DNA of 64,000 nt, taken from positions 434,001-498,000 of the forward strand of contig LSRY02000012.1 in the NCBI GenBank assembly GCA_001643675.2. The letters run 5' to 3'. The notes below the pieces were generated by a model that worked only from the letters and a program-made list of their open reading frames with translations, was not told where the DNA came from and did not search any database. The position numbers were made by a program, and so were the translations under genes. The DNA is from Monocercomonoides exilis PA203. Its lineage: Eukaryota; Protista; Preaxostyla. Each line of letters starts with the position of its first letter. The stretch's first letter is position 1. Shown here piece by piece: positions 57,217 through 64,000 of this stretch.

Positions 57217-58929
57217 ATGAATCCCATAACAGTTTTAATAATGTCCTTGAAGCAAATATCGGCTGCATATACCGCGGGAACCATGGCGGCTATTTCGCCA
57301 TGCGTTATAATTTTGGTTCCGATGTTATTGTCTAAAGTTAATGGCATGAAAGGGAAGAAGGCAATACAAATACCTCTGCTTTTATTAGGATTTTTGACGT
57401 GCTTCGTGATCATCGGCTTTTTCTTGAAGCAGTTGATGGAAAGCTCATTTCAAAGCGGTTTTAGACTCGGACTTGGACTGATATTTGTTGCACTAGGATG
57501 CCAAAGTTTCTTTGGCAAAGTTGGGTCATTGACTTTTCCTCTTTTTGATAATCCTTTTCTCATGGGTGGTGTATTTGCAGTTCTGGTGTGCATTACAGTT
57601 TTTCATTAGTACTATCTTTTTCAATTTATTTTGCTTTTATTCCCGCTTCCTTTTATAATTCTATTGATAAAAATCTCAAGGTTTCATATAACCCCTGCAC
57701 TATTCCATACCTTGGAATGCTCGTATCTTTATTTGCTGGTCCAACTTTAATCCCAATGATGTTGGTGTTTGCATTTGGGATGATAACCCCATCTTTTCTT
57801 TTTGCTCTTTTTGGATCAGGAATTCTTAACTATATTCAAAACAAAACATCAGGAGCATTTCATTGGATTAACAAAGTCATGGCCCTTGTAAATATTGGAT
57901 CAGGATTATATTTATCTTTTTCAATACATTCTTTAACATATGTTGACATTGCTGTTGCTGGTGTTTTACTTGCTGCTTCTTTTGGCCTTCTTTTCAGGGT
58001 TTGTTCAATATCGCAAAAAAGTTTTTATTATTTAAACAATTGACTGTGCCCATTTAATATTTATAGAGCTACTTCAGGAAGGAAAATCTTCTCCCAAGGA
58101 AAAAAGTGTCTTCGGAACCATTGCCTGAACTGAGCGAATACGAAAAGAAAGAGAGAAGAAATACAATGCTCATTGTTATTATTTTTACTTTGCTTGTTGG
58201 CTTGGCTTGCGCAGTCTCTGTAATGGGTGTTTGCAAAAGAGATGACTGGTTTATGAGCAAGGAAGAAAAAGAACTCATGGTTTGAATATTCAACTGCCAT
58301 TTTTATTTTAACATTATTCGTTTTGCAATTATTTGTAATCTTATTGTGTTTTCTAGGAATTTGTCAAATCACAAGCAGCAGAGAGAGAGGCCAATAAAGA
58401 GAACGACGAAGAGGATGATATCAAAGATGATGATGATGAAGGACCTACAGACGATGACTCTGAAGACAGTTTATCGGAAATTAACGAAGACGAGGAGGAT
58501 TCGAGTGCCAGTTCTGAAAGTAAAGAAAAAGACGACGAAGAGAAAGAGAAGGAAATGCCTTCAGCACTTCCATGCAAAGTGCTCCCACCGTGCCCTCAGT
58601 GCAAGCTGTGCTTCATTGCATTTTTAGTTGCCTTCTGCACGGGATTTGGCTCGACTCTGCTGTTGGCCACGAAGAAAGAAGACTTTTCGGGTGTTGTGGG
58701 CGATGTGTGCACCGTCCCGAAGTTCCGCAGAGCAGCTGCGCCAAAGCCGCAACAGAAGCAGCCGGAGAAATCTTCTGCTCCAGCAGCGAAAGAAGCGAAG
58801 GCAGCGCCTGTGGTTGTTGCTCAGGTGGAGCAAGTGAAGGAGACGGGTGCTGAAAAGAAAGCAGAGGCAAAAGCAGGAAAGGGGAAATCGAAAAGCACTT
58901 CATCGGAAAAGAAGCAGAAGAGTAAGTAA
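57217..58929 (+). CDS. CcdA/DsbD-beta-like transmembrane disulfide-reductant transporter with a C-terminal extension (~490 aa, 4 exons)
   Basis: Exons 57217-57585, 57681-57998, 58067-58279 and 58357-58929 are joined by phase-0 GT-AG introns. The two pseudo-symmetric Pro-Cys boxes are AYTAGTMAAISPCVIILVP and FLMGGVFAVLVSYNPCTIPYL, followed by FAFGMITP and WINKVMALVNIGSGLYL, as in 6-TM CcdA. Confidence 0.82.
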
Positions 58930-59944
58930 GAAAATTTATAGAAAGCAATCAGAAGATGACATTTTGTTAATTATACTCATTCTGGTTGTTTTTTCAGCAG
59001 AAATTGAGTTTTGAAAACAAAAATTTTCTCTGAAATTTGAATTAATAGGAAAGTTACTTGTTTTTTCTATTCTTTTGCTTTCTTTGTTGTTTTGTTTTTA
59101 TTTTATAGTACTTCTTTTATCCACTTTATTGCGTCTTGACACTTCTCTTCTATTTTGCACTTGTGCATAATTGCAGAGAATAATACTAAGTATTGCGTGT
59201 TATCATGAATCACAATTGGAAGATTAAAGATAGTGAAAAAAATGAATGGATTAATAATGAAATCATAACTATCACGAAATAAACAAAAAGAGAAGGGCTA
59301 AGAGGAAACTGCAATACTAAGCAATTGTTGAATGGCAACAATAAAAAAGAAATGGTGAAAGCAAACAAAAAATTATTGAAAAAAAAGAGCGTTTTAAATA
59401 AACAAGGAGAAAAAAGAGAATTCATTGAATCATTTTGGGGTAAAATGAAAAGTTATAACAATAAAACATTTTTTTTCTGCGGTCTTTATCAAAAAAATAA
59501 TAAAACACTTTGTGATGAAACAGGCAAAATAGCAATGGATCAGAAAAAATGAACTGTTCAATCAAGCAACCAAAGAAAGAGAGAAAGAAAAGATAAAAAC
59601 TTAGTCTGAACTCTAAGAGATTAACAGTATCAACATGTGAAATGAAGCGTTGCTTGATTGAGATAATTTCAATGCAAAAGATAAACACGGTGAAAGAACA
59701 GCTTTCAAAAACACTACGCGAATGAAAGGACTTTATTTTTCAAACAGAGAAATAAGATTGAAATTACACAAGTGGAAGTGATAAAAAGTAACACATATTT
59801 GGTACTAATGCACACACGCTCGAACTCAAATAAATTATATAACAGAAAAAAAAAGAGAGAGATAAGAAGGAGAATGAAAGAAAAAGAGAAAGAAAAAGAC
59901 GATTCTATTTGCATTTCCCATTCCAACAATATCACACACCATCA

Positions 59945-62900
59945 TTAAACATGAGGAATAAACGATCCTTGGTTCTGCCACATCTCCATCATCATCAGCC
60001 ACTGCTGCGGATCAGCCATCGCAAACCCGTCCCCCATCGGCAGACTGGGGCAGAACTGTGCTGTATGGCCCAGCTGCCCACACAGAGTGCACTGCACAGG
60101 CACAAAAGGCATGCCCATCGGTAGCATTGCTCCGTGTGAGGGGCTGCTGTTGCTGTTGTATCCACCTTTGTGGTGATGATGGTAGGAGTGTTGTTGATTC
60201 TGCTTGTTGGGCGATGTTTCTACTTTGCCTTTTGTGAGTGTGGTTTTATCTTCAGCGGAATTTTCCGATTTTTGTTTGTTTTGTTCTTTGTTGCTATTTT
60301 GCAGTGCAGAGGCCTTTGAAGAATCATTCTTCTCCTTCCCAGAACCTGTTTTTTCTGTCGCATGCTCGTTTTCCTTTTTTTTCTTTCCTTCTCTTTCATC
60401 GTTCTTCACTCCTTGCTGGCTTTCATCATTTGGTTTTTTGCTTAAATCTGTTGTTTTTTGATTGTCTTTATTTCTTTCGTCTGCATCGTTCGTTTTTTCT
60501 TTTATTGTATTTCCTGTTTCTTCCTCTTTCTTTTCAGTACCTCTATCAGTTTTTTCCTGTTCTTTACTCTCTGATTCCTTCTCGTTAGCGCAAATTTCCT
60601 CTTCTTTTCCCTTTTCTTTTCCTCCCTCTCCCTCCTTCTGTTTTTGCGCATCTTCCTTTGTTTCTCCCTTTTTCCCTGTTTTGTTCTTCCACATCGGACA
60701 CTTTGAAGAAGAATGCTCCGTAGAGCTACAAAACGCACAGCGGTTGTTCTTTCTCAGAAACGGCATTGGCGATCCAGGAAACGGGAAAGGCGCAAAATAC
60801 TCCATCGGATCAGGCTCAAAAGGCGGGATTCCCATTGGCATGAAGGGCATCCCAGTCATTCCATTCATTCCAGACATCATCATCTCCATCTGCTCAGGCG
60901 AGAAATCATCTCCTTTCCCCATCTGCATCGAGTCTGCTCCTTCCTCCTCTGCACTTTTTGTATAGTCTGTAGGAAGCTCCATCGGAAGAGGCATGCCCTG
61001 AAGAGGAGCTTGAGGCATATCTCCCATCAGCGGCGGCTGAGGATAAGGAAACTCTGGCTGCATGAACATTGCTCCTCCAGCCGGGTATGAATCAGTTGTG
61101 CTGTGATGTTGCGGATTGTGATATGGTGCTTGCTGTGAGTGATGGTGAGCAGTCACAAAAATAGTATTATTCTGTCCATTAAACTGTTCTGCCTTTGCAT
61201 TTCTGTCAAACACTTGTTCTGATTTCGAATGGCTTGAATGCTTCTTTTTGTCCTTTGTATTTTCTTCGAGATTCAGTCGAACATGGTGATGTGGCTGGCT
61301 CTGCTGTGATGAATGCTGATAAGGCTGTGCAGATGGTTGATTATGTTTGTGCTTCTGACTTTCGTTTTCCTGTGGAGAAAGCTTCAGTGTTTGGAAAGTT
61401 ATCTGCTCAGGCTGAAACACACCAATTGGACTAAGACTCTTTTTGGAGATGAACGGCTTCTCTTCATTCGGTTGTAAGTTATCATTTGTTGTCTTTATTT
61501 CGGATGCTGCGGACTTCTGCAATTCCTGTTGAATTTCAAGTGTGTTTATTCCTGAGCCCAAAGAAAGCGGAGATACTGACTGTGATGAACCCTTCTTCTT
61601 CTGGTGCGGGCGGTACATCACATGGAACAGCGGATCCTCTTCAAATGATTCGCTTTTCTCTGAAGAAGAAGAAGCAGACGTTGCTGAGAGTGCATTCTGA
61701 CTGTAATCAGCTGGATTTGGAATTTGTGGAGGAGGAGGTGGTGGTGGCGGTGGGGCATGATCCTGCTTCTTACTACCTTCTTTTGTGTTGAACGACTTCT
61801 GTGAGAATATCGATCTGACAGCAGAAGACGAATGCTGATTGTCACGATGCGTTCCGCGCCCAGATCTTGTTCCACCGCGGAATGCGCCTCTGCTTCTTTG
61901 AGCCGTTGGAAAGATACTTGAGTCATTAAACTCACTTTGAAAGTTTTGAATCTTCTCCTTTGTATTCTGTTTGTTTTGTGGGATTTGGTGTGGCTGCCTG
62001 CGCGAATATGGCGGCTGGCGTGGCGCTGTCCTGCTTCCATAGCTTTGTGCTGTCTTTGTTGTTGGTATCGATGATGAATGGTTTGTTGCTGCAGAAGTGC
62101 GAGAAAACGGAGCATTTCTTGTAGGCAATTCAAATAATGGCTTTTTTATAACACTTGTCTGCGATTCAACAGTTGGTACAGATGCAGACGCTGCTGAAGA
62201 GCCAGGAAAGCGGGGATTGCGCTGAAAGCCTTCGGCAGCCTTCACTTGTGCAGAGGTCATGAAAAGAGGCACAGTCGAAGAAGATGCCTGGTTTGCTGGG
62301 GCAGAGTAAGGCGGATAGTTGTAGCCATTGTGAATAGGAGGAGGGTAATATGACTGGGGTGCCTGTGCAGCGGGGGAATAAGGAGGGTACTGTGGATAAG
62401 GTGCGTATGGATACATTGAGTTAGGCGGCTGAACTGCTGGTTGGGCACGAAGAGCCTTTGGTATTGACAACGTAGGAACGCTGTTGGATGTGGCAGGGGG
62501 TGGAATTGTAGTGTCGAGTCTGGGGATTGACGAAGCTGTTGATGGGGCATAAGGAAAATAGCTGTCGGAATTCAAATTTGCAGCTGAATTTGACGTGTGT
62601 GAAGAATGTTGTGAAGTGGAGGGATCAAAAGACCCAGTCAGCAGAGCAGAGGCACTAAGTTCTGCAATTGGCATAGAATTGACTGGAGCGTGTTTCTTTT
62701 TTGGAGGAGAGAAAGGCACAGCCGATATCGCCTGCACATCCAGCTCGACTTCTGCCTTCTCGACATCCGGCGGAGTTGGAGGCAGAGACGGAAGAGTCTC
62801 CTCCTCATCAGATTTCTTCTGTTGCATCTTTTTCTTTTTCTTTTTGTGCACCAGCTGCCTGGCGATCCTGTCGAGCGAAGAGTCATCGCACTGTGAGGGC

Positions 62901-64000
62901 AGCACGACAGACATGTCAGAGATCGACAGATGCGTCAGCACGCTAACTGGCGTCTGAGGCATCGATAGAGAAGAAGGAGGCCCCGTCAATGAGACGCTGG
63001 ATGAATAAGACCGCGATGAGTACACAGACGACGAATCAGAGCTTTCGGTGGTTAGTGCTCCTGCGCCTGTGCTTGCCCCTGCCCCTATTCCTGTTCCTGC
63101 TCCTATAGTTGGTGTGTATTCAGAATCTGTGGATGATAATGAGCTCACAGAGTATGTCTTTCGTAGGTTGTGCCTGCCTTTATCTGGGCGATAATTCTCT
63201 CTTGAGGTGGATGAAAGTCTTTTTGCATAAGCTAGTTTCTTCTTCTTTTTCTTCTTTTTCTTCTTTCCTTTCTTTCCTTTTGATTTTTCTTCTTGATTAT
63301 CTTCATCAAAGCAAACACTTCCAGAATTCTTTTTCTTTTTCTTTTTCTTTCTAACTTTTTCACCATTTTGCAATTCATCTTGTTGCTTACTAACAAATAA
63401 ACCCGTACTGTCAGTTATATCTGTATCAGAGGGCAAAAGAAAAGGAGAAATCGATATAATCTCTGATGATATTGGAGATGACATTGATGGAGAAGGAGTC
63501 TCACGAGTTAGACCTGGAGGTGGGTGTAATGAAGATAAAGATGATGTTTCATCATCGATTAAAGGTTGAACATTATGCAAAGGAATAGGCGGCAAATCAG
63601 GAAAAGTATTCACGCTGTTGGAAGAAGCCTTTTCAGGCAATAAATTTTCCAAAGCTCCTAAAAATTTTGTACCTTCACATAAAATTAGATCTGATGTATG
63701 AAATTGCAAACTTTGATTAGAAATATTGTCGTTGATTAATCCAGTTGAGCTGTTATATGAAGAAGAACGTTTGACTGCTTCAAGCAGTAACGTTTCAATT
63801 GGTTTTTCAACTTCTTAATTTTCATAATATTTGATAACAAAGAAAAAATATGTGTTAAAAATATAGAGCACAAACACGAAACAATAATTAAAAATGCATA
63901 CGAGTAGTTTCCATTTGATGACCTTCTGTGGCAGTTTTCTCCAATGAAATATTATCTGGATTAAAATTCACTATAAAAAATTTTTTCATTGTTCGTTTCA
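59945..64000 (-). CDS. Large low-complexity protein with two CCHC zinc knuckles (5'-truncated)
   Basis: The long exon spans ~63815-59945, with a further exon at ~63902-63955, and the gene probably continues past the window edge. CAFCSSTEHSSSKC and CTLCGQLGHTAQFC fit C-x2-C-x4-H-x4-C. Poly-Lys tracts and an RG-rich patch (RGAFRGGTRSGRG) are present. Confidence 0.8.

Noticed and set aside
26561-58929. Non-canonical genetic code (TAA/TAG read as Gln), known in some oxymonads
   Set aside because: Conserved genes end at TAA or TAG at the expected C-termini (Ran, SNAPC3, GRWD1), and long ORFs contain no in-frame TAR.
49111-58929. pgsA and the CcdA-like gene as one horizontally transferred island
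   Set aside because: They are separated by the ordinary eukaryotic genes PARG and GRWD1, each has its own introns, and no shared boundaries or mobility genes were seen.

Overview
Eukaryotic genomic DNA with AT-rich intergenic regions, short GT-AG introns, the standard genetic code and many Ser- or Glu/Lys-rich protein insertions. The gene families and composition point to an oxymonad metamonad of the Monocercomonoides type; this is an inference, and M. exilis is known to lack mitochondria. The window holds about 16-17 protein genes: a 5'-truncated giant ARM/PH-like protein, ADAT2 apparently spliced in frame to a THOC5-like domain, two Cys-rich beta-helix-like surface proteins, a Pro-rich ORF, Ran, a YbaK-domain protein, SNAPC3, a ~2600-aa CLC channel, a membrane metallophosphoesterase, a lineage-expanded hypothetical protein, a bacterial-type pgsA, PARG, GRWD1/RRB1, a CcdA/DsbD-beta-like membrane protein and a 5'-truncated CCHC zinc-knuckle protein. 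It also contains a decayed but structurally complete DIRS1-type retrotransposon (ITRs plus ICR) and two weak pseudogene remnants. Best leads: (1) an intron-containing CcdA/DsbD-type disulfide-reductant transporter with an added CxxC and a C-terminal KxKxx ER-retrieval-like motif; (2) a probable ADAT2-THOC5 fusion gene; (3) a proteobacterial-like pgsA that has gained an intron; (4) a CLC lacking the gating glutamate. All homology calls come from motif recognition by eye; no searches were run.
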